This document shows positions 24,440 through 32,944 of a stretch of DNA of 40,275 bases, piece by piece. Source of the stretch: Candidatus Omnitrophota bacterium. Lineage in GTDB: Bacteria; Omnitrophota; Gorgyraeia; Zapsychrales; Fredricksoniimonadaceae. Location of the stretch: positions 1 through 40,275 of the forward strand of contig JAYVSG010000076.1 in assembly GCA_043775535.1 (NCBI GenBank), written 5' to 3'. How positions within the stretch are numbered: position 1 is the stretch's first letter; the number at the start of each line of letters is the position of its first letter. Under the pieces are notes generated by a model. The model did not search any database. It saw only the letters and a program-made list of their open reading frames with translations, and was not told where the DNA came from. The position numbers and the translations under genes were made by a program.

Positions 24440-25338
24440 TTCTTCAAGGCCTCCCTGTACCCTTTCTCAGCGATGAAGGAGCTCCTGACCAAGGGGCCGC
24501 TTTCAACATATTTGAACCCAAGGTCCATGCCGATCTGGCGGAGGCGTTCAAATTCTTCAGGGGTGATAAAACGCTCGACGGGAAGGTGCCGCTTCCTCTG
24601 CGTGGGCGCGAGGTATTGGCCGATGGTCAATATATGGCATCCGGCGTCCAGCAGTTCGCGCATCATCACCGTCAGCTCTTCCTCGGTCTCTCCCAGACCC
24701 ACCATGCAGGATGATTTCACAAAAGCGTCCGGCGCCAATTGGCGGAAACGGCGCAGCACATGCAGGGAACGGTCATGGTCAGCCTGCGGACGGATCAACG
24801 ACGACAAACGCCGCACGGTCTCGATATTATGGCTGATAACCTCGGGAGCAGCAGCGCTCAATGCGGCAAGCGCATGCTCCTTGGCGGAAAAATCAGGGAT
24901 GAGCACTTCAATCTTCACTTCGGGCGTCAGACGGCGGATGGCCGCGATGGTGGCCGCAAAATGACCGGCACCTTCATCTTCGATATCGTCGCGGGCGACC
25001 GAGGTGATGACCACGTATTTCAAACCAAGGCGCTTGACGGAATCGGCGACATTGGCAGGTTCTTCAAGGTCGATCAGGTCGGGACGTCCGGCAGGCACGG
25101 CGCAAAAACGGCAGGCACGGGTGCAGGTGCCGCCCAGGATCATGAAGGTGGCTACGCCCTCGCCCCAGCATTGGCCCAGGTTCGGGCAATGGGCGCTTTC
25201 GCAGACAGTATGCAGCCTGTTCCCGCGGAACATCTCCTTCATCGAACGGACCTTGTCCATGTCCGGCAAAGGCTGTTTGAACCACGGGGGAAGCTTTGTC
25301 AATCCTGACTCAAACCTGGTCTGCTGCAAGTGTGCCAT
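24436..25338 (-). CDS. lipA: Lipoyl synthase
   Basis: 300 aa. CESAHCPNLGQCW and the radical-SAM motif CTRACRFC. Confidence 0.95.
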   Translation of the reverse strand: MAHLQQTRFESGLTKLPPWFKQPLPDMDKVRSMKEMFRGNRLHTVCESAHCPNLGQCWGEGVATFMILGGTCTRACRFCAVPAGRPDLIDLEEPANVADSVKRLGLKYVVITSVARDDIEDEGAGHFAATIAAIRRLTPEVKIEVLIPDFSAKEHALAALSAAAPEVISHNIETVRRLSSLIRPQADHDRSLHVLRRFRQLAPDAFVKSSCMVGLGETEEELTVMMRELLDAGCHILTIGQYLAPTQRKRHLPVERFITPEEFERLRQIGMDLGFKYVESGPLVRSSFIAEKGYREALKK

Positions 25339-25813
25339 CCTTGATCTGTTTCAAAATTTGTTTTTGTTCGGCGGCAGGCAGCACATCGATGATGAGCCTG
25401 CCCAGCAAATGGTCGTTCTCATGCTGGAAAACCTTGGCGGCCAGGCCGGTCAGCTTGGCCCGCACCTTCTGGTTGTTCTCGTCGGTGAACTCAACCTCGA
25501 CCGTCTTGGCACGCCTAACATTCACATGCACGCCCGGTATACTCAGGCAGCCTTCCTCGATCTCATCGCTCCCTGCAAGCTTCAATATCTTTGGATTGAT
25601 GACGGCAAAAGCATCCTTGCCCGTATCCACGACAAAGATCTGCTCCGTGATGCCCACCTGCGGGGCTGCCAGGCCGACACCTTTATTGGCCTGCATGGTC
25701 TCGAACATGGCCGCAATGAGCATGCGCTCGACCGCGCCCACTTCCTTGACCGGTTTGGATTTTTCCCGCAAGCACGGGTCGCCGATGATCCTGACCTTTA
25801 AAGGACCGAACAT
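25310..25813 (-). CDS. def: Peptide deformylase
   Basis: Trimmed to ATG 25813 (MFGPLKVRIIGDP). GVGLAAPQ, EGCLSIPG, HENDHL. Confidence 0.9.
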   Translation of the reverse strand: MFGPLKVRIIGDPCLREKSKPVKEVGAVERMLIAAMFETMQANKGVGLAAPQVGITEQIFVVDTGKDAFAVINPKILKLAGSDEIEEGCLSIPGVHVNVRRAKTVEVEFTDENNQKVRAKLTGLAAKVFQHENDHLLGRLIIDVLPAAEQKQILKQIKDGTLAADQV

Positions 25814-25814
25814 A

Positions 25815-26171
25815 TTATTTGGTCTTCTTGATCCTGTTCTTTTCGTCGAGATAGATGATCTGGGGCTTGATCCGCTTCGCTTCAGCAGCCTCTGCCAATG
25901 CATAGCTCAGGATGATGAGACGGTCGCCGACATACCCGTGGCGTGCGGCGGGACCATTGAGGCAGATCTCACCGGAACCAGGTTTGCCCGCGATGGTATA
26001 GGTCTCGATGCGCGAACCGGTGCTCTCATTGAGCACATGCACCTTCTCGCCCGGGATGAGGCCGGCGCCTTTAAGCACATCGCTGTCGATGGTGATGCTG
26101 CCTTCATAATACAATTCGGCCTGCGTCACCCGCGCATGCCCGATCTTCGATTTAAGGACTTCAATGAACAT
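25815..26171 (-). CDS. panD: Aspartate 1-decarboxylase
   Basis: MFIEVLKSKIGHARVTQAELYYEGSITID, including the Gly-Ser self-cleavage site. ATG 26171 with GGAG upstream; the ORF track begins one codon earlier at a GTG. Confidence 0.9.
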   Translation of the reverse strand: MFIEVLKSKIGHARVTQAELYYEGSITIDSDVLKGAGLIPGEKVHVLNESTGSRIETYTIAGKPGSGEICLNGPAARHGYVGDRLIILSYALAEAAEAKRIKPQIIYLDEKNRIKKTK

Positions 26172-26179
26172 CACAACTC

Positions 26180-26500
26180 CTATAAGTGTGGGGTTAACTT
26201 GGCCAAAAGACGGTCCTTCGGCATGGCGCCGACGATCTGGTCGACGGGTTTGCCGTTCTTGAATACCAGGAGGGTCGGGATGGACATGACATTGTATTCC
26301 CCGGCCAAGTCCGCTTCTTCATCCACATTGACCTTGCCCACCTTGAGCTTGCCCTGCAGTTCGTCAGCCAATTGGTCGACAATAGGACCGATGGCCTTGC
26401 ACGGACCGCACCATTCCGCCCAAAAATCAACCAGGACAGGGGTGGATGACTTCAAGACCTCCCCTTCAAAATTCTTTACGCCTAAATGTAATGCTCCCAT
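26180..26500 (-). CDS. trxA: Thioredoxin
   Basis: WAEWCGPCK active site. Trimmed to ATG 26500 (AAAGGAAAG RBS upstream); the track ORF begins at a TTG. Confidence 0.9.
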   Translation of the reverse strand: MGALHLGVKNFEGEVLKSSTPVLVDFWAEWCGPCKAIGPIVDQLADELQGKLKVGKVNVDEEADLAGEYNVMSIPTLLVFKNGKPVDQIVGAMPKDRLLAKLTPHL

Positions 26501-26520
26501 AGACTTTCCTTTCTGTAGGA

Positions 26521-26553
26521 TAAACAAAACTCCGCCACGGCAGGCCCTGGCGG
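26521..26553 (-). terminator. Candidate intrinsic terminator after the DUF819 gene
   Basis: Minus strand: ccgcca-N10-tggcgg stem (26532-26537 / 26548-26553) followed by AGTTTTGTTTA. Confidence 0.4.
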
Positions 26554-26563
26554 ATAGAGGGAT

Positions 26564-26592
26564 ATTATATATTTAATATGGGTTTTGGGCAA
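26564..26592 (-). promoter_or_regulatory. Candidate sigma70-type promoter for trxA-panD-def-lipA
   Basis: Minus strand: TTGCCC (26592-26587), 17-nt spacer, perfect TATAAT (26569-26564). Confidence 0.45.
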
Positions 26593-26601
26593 ATATTTAA
26601 T

Positions 26602-27771
26602 TCATGGCAAAAGCCGGCATATTTGGCCGACCGCGATCCCGATATAGGTACCTATGATGTTCCCTGCGATGGCAAGCAGTAACCCTAAGGGGGCTAATCC
26701 TTTATGATAAACCTCCGCCACAACGGGCGCGGACGCCACCCCTCCCAGATTGGCCTGGGAAGCTGCAGCGGCCAAGAACAAAGGGGCTTTGAACAAACGC
26801 AACGCCAGGAATAAAAACAACGCATGGATGGCAATGACCACGGTCCCGGCCGCCATCAGAACGAACGCTTGGGACATTTGGTTCAAATTAGCCTTGGCGC
26901 CAATGGTCGTCAGCACAAAATATAAAAGGAAATACCCGATCTTGTTCGATCCGTGCCCTTCCAATTTCTTTAAAGGCGTGGCAGAGAGGAATAAACCGAT
27001 GAAAGAAACAAAAACGATCACCCATGTGAAGGGACTGATCACGCCCTGGACCGCAGGCAAGGCTTTAGCAGCGGCATCTGCGAAGAAGGTCCCTGCGATC
27101 CCGATGGCAATGATGGCCAGGCCGCCATGGAAGGTGAAACGCACAGGCATGACATTGGCCTTGGCATGGTGTGCTTTTTGCTCAAGGTCGGCCGTGATGT
27201 CCCGACGGGCGCCATTCCAACGGTCAAAATCATGCTGATGCTGGCTTAAAGCGATGAGGCAGGCCATCCATAGATACGGAAGCACCGCATCCACGACGAC
27301 CAGAGGCAGGAATACATTGTCCGGTGCGGACAAGGCCTCCTTGACCGCGATCATGTTCGCAGAGCCTCCCGTCCATGATCCCGTCAAAGCTCCAAAACCG
27401 CTCCAATAATCCACGCCCACCACGCCTTTGAACATGGCGAAGGATGCGACCATGCCAAACCCTACCGAGACCGAACCGATGATGAACATCCCCAAAGCCA
27501 TGGGCCCAAGCCGGATGATCGACGGGACATCGACCGTCATCAATAATACCAGCAGGCTCATCGGCAAAACCCATTGGGTCACTTGACCGTAAAAGGGGCA
27601 TTTGGGGTCGATGATGCCAAAAGTCGAAAGCACCATGGGCAGGAAATAGATCCAGAAGATGTGCGGCAGGAATTTGAAGAACCGTTCCGTGCGCGAATGG
27701 CCGGCCAGGTACAGCACCGTTCCCTCGACGGCGAGCAATACGGCAGCAATGGCCGCAGGATGCTGGATCAC
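26602..27771 (-). CDS. DUF819-family polytopic membrane protein (putative transporter)
   Basis: 389 aa, 10 or more TM helices. FFKFLPHIFWIYFLPMVLSTFGII resembles the B. subtilis YjcL-type N-terminus as I recall it. 4-nt overlap with the epimerase gene. Confidence 0.6.
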   Translation of the reverse strand: MIQHPAAIAAVLLAVEGTVLYLAGHSRTERFFKFLPHIFWIYFLPMVLSTFGIIDPKCPFYGQVTQWVLPMSLLVLLMTVDVPSIIRLGPMALGMFIIGSVSVGFGMVASFAMFKGVVGVDYWSGFGALTGSWTGGSANMIAVKEALSAPDNVFLPLVVVDAVLPYLWMACLIALSQHQHDFDRWNGARRDITADLEQKAHHAKANVMPVRFTFHGGLAIIAIGIAGTFFADAAAKALPAVQGVISPFTWVIVFVSFIGLFLSATPLKKLEGHGSNKIGYFLLYFVLTTIGAKANLNQMSQAFVLMAAGTVVIAIHALFLFLALRLFKAPLFLAAAASQANLGGVASAPVVAEVYHKGLAPLGLLLAIAGNIIGTYIGIAVGQICRLLP

Positions 27772-28829
27772 GGGACGATCCCTATCCCAGCTTTGGCCCG
27801 CTGCAGGTCATAGATGCCCCGGCTGTTGAGATAGGGATTGCCTCGCAGGCCGTTCTTAATAAAGAATGGAGTGTCCAAGTCGATGAAATCGATACCGCCC
27901 AATCCCGCGGCCAGGTGAGCGGAACAGGTCATGGCCAGCGACGATTCCATCATGCCGCCCACCATCAATCTGACACCATTGGCCTGGGCCAGGCGTGCGA
28001 TGGCAACGGCATCGACCAAGCCTGTCTTCATTAATTTGATATTGACCGCGCCTGCTGCCTTCTCGCGAATAATGCGCACGACCTGGGCCAGGCTCGACGC
28101 GCTTTCATCCGCACAGACCAGAACCTTAGTCGAGCGTGTGACCTTCTTAAGACCTTCCCAGTCCTTCTTGGGGACAGGCTGTTCGACCATGGCAACCGTG
28201 ATGCCAGCCCTAGATAATGTTTTCAGGAATTTGAGCGTCTGTTCGGCTGAATACCCCTGATTAGCGTCGAGAATAAGCGTTGACCTTCCGGTCACCGCCG
28301 CCACGGCCTGCACACGCTTGAAGTCCAGGTCCATGTCCCTGCCGACCTTGATCTTGAAAGCACGAAAACCTTTTTTATAGAACTCCCTGGCCTTGGCCGT
28401 GGTTTCCTCAAGCGTTCCAATGACAATGGTGATGTCGGTTGCGAATGGTCGGGCCTCTGTACCCCACATGCGCCACAACGGCATCTTCAAACTGCGTGCC
28501 AGCGCATCGAACAGGGCCATGTGCACAGCAGCGACGGCGGACATATTGCCCGGAAGCAGGCTTTGCACATACGCGCATAACGCCAAATAATTTCCGATGT
28601 CCTGCCCGCGCAGGTATTCTGCCACGGTCTTCAAATTCTTCACGGTCTTAGGGATCGTCTCACCGGTGATATGTGTGGCCACCGCCGCCTCGCCATAGCC
28701 TTTGATGCCGCCGGCAAGCGTGATGGTCAACAGGACATTCTCCAGGGAATCATGCTGGCCCACCGCAATGCGGAACGGCTGGTTCAAAGGCGCGGACAAC
28801 AGCGAGACGCGGGCATGGGTGATGGTCAT
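27768..28829 (-). CDS. Dipeptide (L-Ala-D/L-Glu) epimerase, enolase superfamily (YkfB/YcjG-like)
   Basis: 353 aa. FKIKVG (KxK), LILDANQGY, VEQP, CADES, NIKLMKTG. Confidence 0.85.
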   Translation of the reverse strand: MTITHARVSLLSAPLNQPFRIAVGQHDSLENVLLTITLAGGIKGYGEAAVATHITGETIPKTVKNLKTVAEYLRGQDIGNYLALCAYVQSLLPGNMSAVAAVHMALFDALARSLKMPLWRMWGTEARPFATDITIVIGTLEETTAKAREFYKKGFRAFKIKVGRDMDLDFKRVQAVAAVTGRSTLILDANQGYSAEQTLKFLKTLSRAGITVAMVEQPVPKKDWEGLKKVTRSTKVLVCADESASSLAQVVRIIREKAAGAVNIKLMKTGLVDAVAIARLAQANGVRLMVGGMMESSLAMTCSAHLAAGLGGIDFIDLDTPFFIKNGLRGNPYLNSRGIYDLQRAKAGIGIVP

Positions 28830-30187
28830 GGATTGTTTTCAACAGCGACGATCTTGGATAAACGTTTGAGCAGGGAACCCTTGGTCGACCCTTCCCCCAG
28901 GTAGAGGTCGGAGACGATGACGCGGTTGAGCACACGTGGGACATCCTTGTCCCCCCGGCGTTCACGGAAGGCCCAGACCGCGTGCGCCGCATACGGCCGG
29001 CCGTCGATCTGCCCAAGATAAAGCATGATATGCCCTTTCATGGGCAGTATGGCCGTGGCACCGGGTTGGCGCTCAAACGCGGCAAGTTTCTGCGCATTGT
29101 CGCTTTTCTCGTCGAACTGGACGATCGCCTGCCCCACCTGGGCCTGGTCCTTGGAATCCCTCGGTAAAATGACCCCGACGGTGCCGAATACCTCATCCAG
29201 GAAGGCCGAACAATCCTGCTCGCCGTACATGCCTCCCCAGCCATAGGGCTGGTTGATCATGGCCAAAGCCTGTGTATAGATGACGCGCGGCGTATAGGGC
29301 AAATACCCCTCGTGCATGCCTTCGCTGTCCATGTATCCCTGCACCAGCTCAAGCTTATTGTCCTTGCCTGCCGCCGGGATGGAAACACTGATCTGTGCGC
29401 CCGAAGCACCGACGATGGGAAGCCGTGTGCCCATGCGCACATATCCCAGGTACCTGGTCATGCCCTCGTCCAAAAAGATATCCACTTTCGGGGAAGTCGT
29501 CACGGCAAAATGTTTGCTTTGGGTAAAATCCCGGACGGTCTTCATGTCCCCGAGCGCAATGCGGTCAGCCTCAACCCAGCCATCGGACAAGGGCGAGAAC
29601 ACATAATACCATTTCTTATCCAGGCTCTGATGCACGACCGCAACGGGACTTCCCACATCAAGGGTACTGTTCTGCAATTGGTCGAAATCAATGTCTCCCG
29701 GGGACTCATAGAGCCCTGCCGACGTCGGGAAGAACCTCACATCCGCATACCGCGTGACCAGGCCATAGCGCGGCGCCATGCCCAGCACCACCCCGCTCAG
29801 GTTCATGTTACGCCGGGCGCTGTCGATAAAGGCCGTATCATTGCGCACACCTTGGATGGTGCAAAAGCCCTTGTCCGTAAAATCCTGAATGGTCCGGTCA
29901 AAATCCTGCATCAAGGAATCTGTCTTAAAGCTCTCCGTAACGCCGAAGATGTCCTTGGTCAGCTTCAACTCATCCTGGATCCGGGCGTTGAAGGCATCGA
30001 TCTCCTGGGGAGTCATGACCACATGGACAGGGGAAGGATGGCGACCGATCCAGAAGCCCGGCCTGTTCATCTCCAAAGAAGTGCCGGGGACCCGGGATGG
30101 CGCAGCATTAAAAAGTTTCTCCTCCGCCGCCAGGGCATGCGGCACAATACCGGCACAAGCCAGCACAAAACACAAGAACACTCTCAT
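28826..30187 (-). CDS. Exported NlpC/P60 cysteine peptidase (YkfC-like gamma-D-Glu-diamino-acid endopeptidase) with an N-terminal extension
   Basis: Trimmed to ATG 30187 (MRVFLCFVLACAGIVPHALAAEE signal peptide, GAGG RBS); the track start at 30211 is a TTG. Catalytic Cys in QDCSAFLDEVF. GHIMLYLG and AAHAVW supply the His residues. Confidence 0.8.
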   Translation of the reverse strand: MRVFLCFVLACAGIVPHALAAEEKLFNAAPSRVPGTSLEMNRPGFWIGRHPSPVHVVMTPQEIDAFNARIQDELKLTKDIFGVTESFKTDSLMQDFDRTIQDFTDKGFCTIQGVRNDTAFIDSARRNMNLSGVVLGMAPRYGLVTRYADVRFFPTSAGLYESPGDIDFDQLQNSTLDVGSPVAVVHQSLDKKWYYVFSPLSDGWVEADRIALGDMKTVRDFTQSKHFAVTTSPKVDIFLDEGMTRYLGYVRMGTRLPIVGASGAQISVSIPAAGKDNKLELVQGYMDSEGMHEGYLPYTPRVIYTQALAMINQPYGWGGMYGEQDCSAFLDEVFGTVGVILPRDSKDQAQVGQAIVQFDEKSDNAQKLAAFERQPGATAILPMKGHIMLYLGQIDGRPYAAHAVWAFRERRGDKDVPRVLNRVIVSDLYLGEGSTKGSLLKRLSKIVAVENNP

Positions 30188-30195
30188 GGGGGACC

Positions 30196-31434
30196 TCACG
30201 TTTCCTGCCAAACACTGATCCGGGAGCTGCCAATCGATGAGTTTATGGTGGACAGAGCCTCGTCATAATGAATGGCGCTATTATTATTCACACTAACGGT
30301 CTTACCAATGAGGGAACCGTAAAGATCATTATTGTTACCGATGATGACATTTGTTTTAGGCGCATAGACCGCGACCGCCAACACCCCGTTATTATTGATG
30401 CTGATCCCTTTGCTCCCCGTATAGGCGCTATAGACCTGGAAATTCTTTGGGACGTTACCGGAACTGTTAAGGTTGACATTATTCGGTATGCTCAAGACCC
30501 CGTCCACATACAATTCCAGGCTGGCCCCGGAAGCAATATTGATCGTGGTATTATTCCCCGTGGAGAACGCCGTAGCCGCCGTCAAATACAGTTTCACCGT
30601 GCCATTGATGTTCAATGTGCCGTTGTTTGCCATGCTGATGTCGGTGTATTTGTAATTTCCCGCTGGCAAAGCTGTTGTGCCGCCATTGGACACGGACAAT
30701 GCTCCGCTGCTGGCGAGCCCGGTGAGAGTGGCCGGAACGCTTACGTCGGGCATTGAATAATTATTGGTGTGCGTTATTGTCCCCGTGATCACGGTGCCGG
30801 AGCCGGCCGTATTCGTACCTCCAACGCCTGTACTGACATCCCCTCCCAACGAAATATTGTTCCCAATGGAAATGATGCCGGCGGTCGTTCCATTGGAACC
30901 TATATCACCGTTGGTATTGCTGTTAGCGACACTATACGCACCGTTGTTGGAATTATAACTATCGATAAAAGTATTATTCGCCAGCGTGACCTGGCCTTGG
31001 GCGAACGCAGCAAATGAGAACGGGGATTGATGACTTATACTGCCCTGTATGTTCCTTTGTATCTTGGAGGAGCTGGTACGGCTCGGATAAGAGCCCTGAG
31101 AGGTGATCAAGGTGTTTGCATTATTAAGGACCACATCATAATCACCGGCACCGGTGATGGTGGCCGCCTTGGTCTTGTTGCCTCCCCCGCAGCTGCTGCA
31201 GCTGGCGCAGGCAGTATTTGTGCCTGCTTGGACCATTCCTGTACAATTATTGGTGTTGATCTCCCACACCACCTGCTGAATGCCTGCCTCCGTCAGCCAA
31301 AATGCCTGGGTGGAATTGGCATAACGGTTAGCGATCTTGCTTTCATTGACGCCGCGCAAAAGGATCAGTGCCCCTAAAATGGTCAAGATCAGTACCAGCA
31401 ATAAACTAAAAACGATCGAACCACGATTATTCAT
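30196..31434 (-). CDS. Oversized PilX-N-domain protein with an N/G/T-rich repetitive (beta-helix-like) body
   Basis: 412 aa. MNNRGSIVFSLLLVLILTILGALILLRG...QAFWLTEAGIQQ matches the PilX N-terminal pattern. Cys cluster CASCSSCGGG. Long Asn/Gly/Thr repeats. C-terminal VYAPKTNVIIGNNNDLYGSLIGKTV..HYDEAL. Confidence 0.7.
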   Translation of the reverse strand: MNNRGSIVFSLLLVLILTILGALILLRGVNESKIANRYANSTQAFWLTEAGIQQVVWEINTNNCTGMVQAGTNTACASCSSCGGGNKTKAATITGAGDYDVVLNNANTLITSQGSYPSRTSSSKIQRNIQGSISHQSPFSFAAFAQGQVTLANNTFIDSYNSNNGAYSVANSNTNGDIGSNGTTAGIISIGNNISLGGDVSTGVGGTNTAGSGTVITGTITHTNNYSMPDVSVPATLTGLASSGALSVSNGGTTALPAGNYKYTDISMANNGTLNINGTVKLYLTAATAFSTGNNTTINIASGASLELYVDGVLSIPNNVNLNSSGNVPKNFQVYSAYTGSKGISINNNGVLAVAVYAPKTNVIIGNNNDLYGSLIGKTVSVNNNSAIHYDEALSTINSSIGSSRISVWQET

Positions 31435-31912
31435 TTCTAAGCCTCACTTTCATGGCCAGCGGAAAAGAGTATGTCCGCGCACCCACAGCCTTATCGGCTC
31501 GGATATTGATCTGCATCAGCGACGCGCTGGCCGCAAACTTCAAATAGGCAATGTTGGTTGCTACTATTTTGGTCATCCCAGTGGGATATTCCCTCAGCAG
31601 ATTCGTTCCGCTGCGGTAATAATTTATCCCGGTCTCATTGGGGGTGCTAAAAGCAATGCGATAGCTGTTCGCATCGATCATCGTGATCGTTGTGGTCGAT
31701 GATTCCCGGATCTCCCGCAGCATGCGGTCCATGCCGGCACGGGCCTGTTGCTGCATATCCAAGAGCGCATTGTCACCAGTGGTGACCACATTGCCCGTGA
31801 CCAAGACGCCGTATACCCCAAGCAAGATAAAAGAAAGCAGTAGGACGCTGATCAGCGCCTCTGGCAACGTGTACCCTCTGCTGCCTTTTAACTTGTGAGA
31901 AATGTGTACCAT
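31427..31912 (-). CDS. Minor pseudopilin, PilW/GspJ-like
   Basis: 161 aa. Prepilin leader and methylation motif KGSRG|YTLPEALISVLLLSFILLGV, then QQQARAGMDRMLREIRES. 8-nt overlap with the downstream gene. Confidence 0.75.
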   Translation of the reverse strand: MVHISHKLKGSRGYTLPEALISVLLLSFILLGVYGVLVTGNVVTTGDNALLDMQQQARAGMDRMLREIRESSTTTITMIDANSYRIAFSTPNETGINYYRSGTNLLREYPTGMTKIVATNIAYLKFAASASLMQINIRADKAVGARTYSFPLAMKVRLRNE

Positions 31913-32289
31913 GACCTACTCCTGGCGCGATTATTAAGATCCTTCCAACTTACGGTAACCTGCACATTATAAATGGTATTGCCCGTATACGTGACCGCTA
32001 TCGATTCGCCGTTAAGGGCATTTAACCCATTACTTGTCACTGCCGCCGTGTTCCAATTCCAGGTGCCGCCGGTGATGCTGGCTCCCACGCTGCTAAATGC
32101 GGTATTGCGTATGTCTTCAAGGACAAATTCCGCATGGCTGGTCGCCGCAGTCAGGTTGCGGCTGGCCGCATTCAGGGCAAAACAGCCCACATAAGTGGCC
32201 AAGATGACGGAGAGGGAATAAGCCAGGATAGCTGCAGTAGCAAGCAGTTCCACGAGAGTAAATGCATATACCTTACGGCAGATCATCAT
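31888..32289 (-). CDS. Pseudopilin (prepilin-type N-terminal domain protein)
   Basis: Trimmed from ORF 31888..32580 to ATG 32289: MMICRKVYA|FTLVELLATAAILAY. C-terminal VQVTVSWKD. An in-frame ATT at 32340 behind a GGAGGA is an alternative start. Confidence 0.65.
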   Translation of the reverse strand: MMICRKVYAFTLVELLATAAILAYSLSVILATYVGCFALNAASRNLTAATSHAEFVLEDIRNTAFSSVGASITGGTWNWNTAAVTSNGLNALNGESIAVTYTGNTIYNVQVTVSWKDLNNRARSRSWYTFLTS

Positions 32290-32422
32290 AAGATTTATTG
32301 TACAAACATTCTTTTTGTCCCGCAATGAAGGTTTGCAAATACTTTCCTCCTCTCTAATTAAAGCATACCACATGCTGCAGCCGTATCCAAGGATACCGCC
32401 GTCGGAAAACGCTTTCTTACCC

Positions 32423-32450
32423 TTGCGCAATACCCCAAAGGAGATATACT
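32423..32450 (+). promoter_or_regulatory. Candidate promoter for the plus-strand pseudopilin module
   Basis: TTGCGC (32423-32428), 16-nt spacer, TATACT (32445-32450). GGGAG RBS at 32469-32473, 6 nt before ATG 32480. Confidence 0.3.
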
Positions 32451-32479
32451 TTATATAGGGGCTTATACGGGAGCATTTT

Positions 32480-32944
32480 ATGCGCTTCACCGGCTTCAAG
32501 AACGATCGCAGGGGCAAGGGCTTCACCATCGTAGAACTTCTGATATCCTCTGTTGTTTTCATGGTCACCGTTATCGGCATCTTATACAGCTACCTGAAAT
32601 GCCTGGAACTCTCCGAGATCGGCCGCAATTCCTCGATCGCCGTACAGGCCTCCAAGAACAAGATGGAAGACATCAAGAATTCCACCTTCAGCACCCTGTA
32701 CGCCACCTATAATAACACCACCTTCACCGCCACCGGGCTGCCCAACGGCATCGGTGTGGTCTATGTGAACAATACCAATCCCTCCCTGGTCCAGGTCAAG
32801 ATCGTCTTTTGCTGGAAACAGCCCAATGGACGCCTGATCGGCGAAGATACGAATTTGAATGGTGTGCTCAATACCGGGGAAGATACGAACGCCAACGGAC
32901 AACTGGATTCCTACGTGCAGATGGTCACGAATCTCTATGGTTAA
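32480..32944 (+). CDS. Pseudopilin with two C-terminal DxNxNG calcium-loop-like motifs
   Basis: 154 aa. Leader MRFTGFKNDRRGKG|FTIVELLISSVVFMV. VQVKIVFCWKQ. DTNLNGVLNTGE and DTNANGQLDSYV. Confidence 0.8.
   Translation: MRFTGFKNDRRGKGFTIVELLISSVVFMVTVIGILYSYLKCLELSEIGRNSSIAVQASKNKMEDIKNSTFSTLYATYNNTTFTATGLPNGIGVVYVNNTNPSLVQVKIVFCWKQPNGRLIGEDTNLNGVLNTGEDTNANGQLDSYVQMVTNLYG

Noticed and set aside
25296-26576. 426-aa plus-strand ORF spanning def, panD and trxA in antisense
   Set aside because: It crosses three well-supported genes with canonical motifs on the other strand. It is a shadow ORF.
31888-32580. Full 230-aa ORF including 97 residues upstream of the pilin leader (and similar long N-terminal extensions at 5938..7524, 10650..11558, 21239..22069, 25310..25903, 35538..36032, 17653..18981, 2358..3251 and 20320..20718)
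   Set aside because: The extensions overlap upstream genes or intergenic promoters and have no family signature. Internal starts with an RBS or ATGA/GTGA coupling give canonical N-termini. Several track starts are TTG or GTG codons rendered as M.
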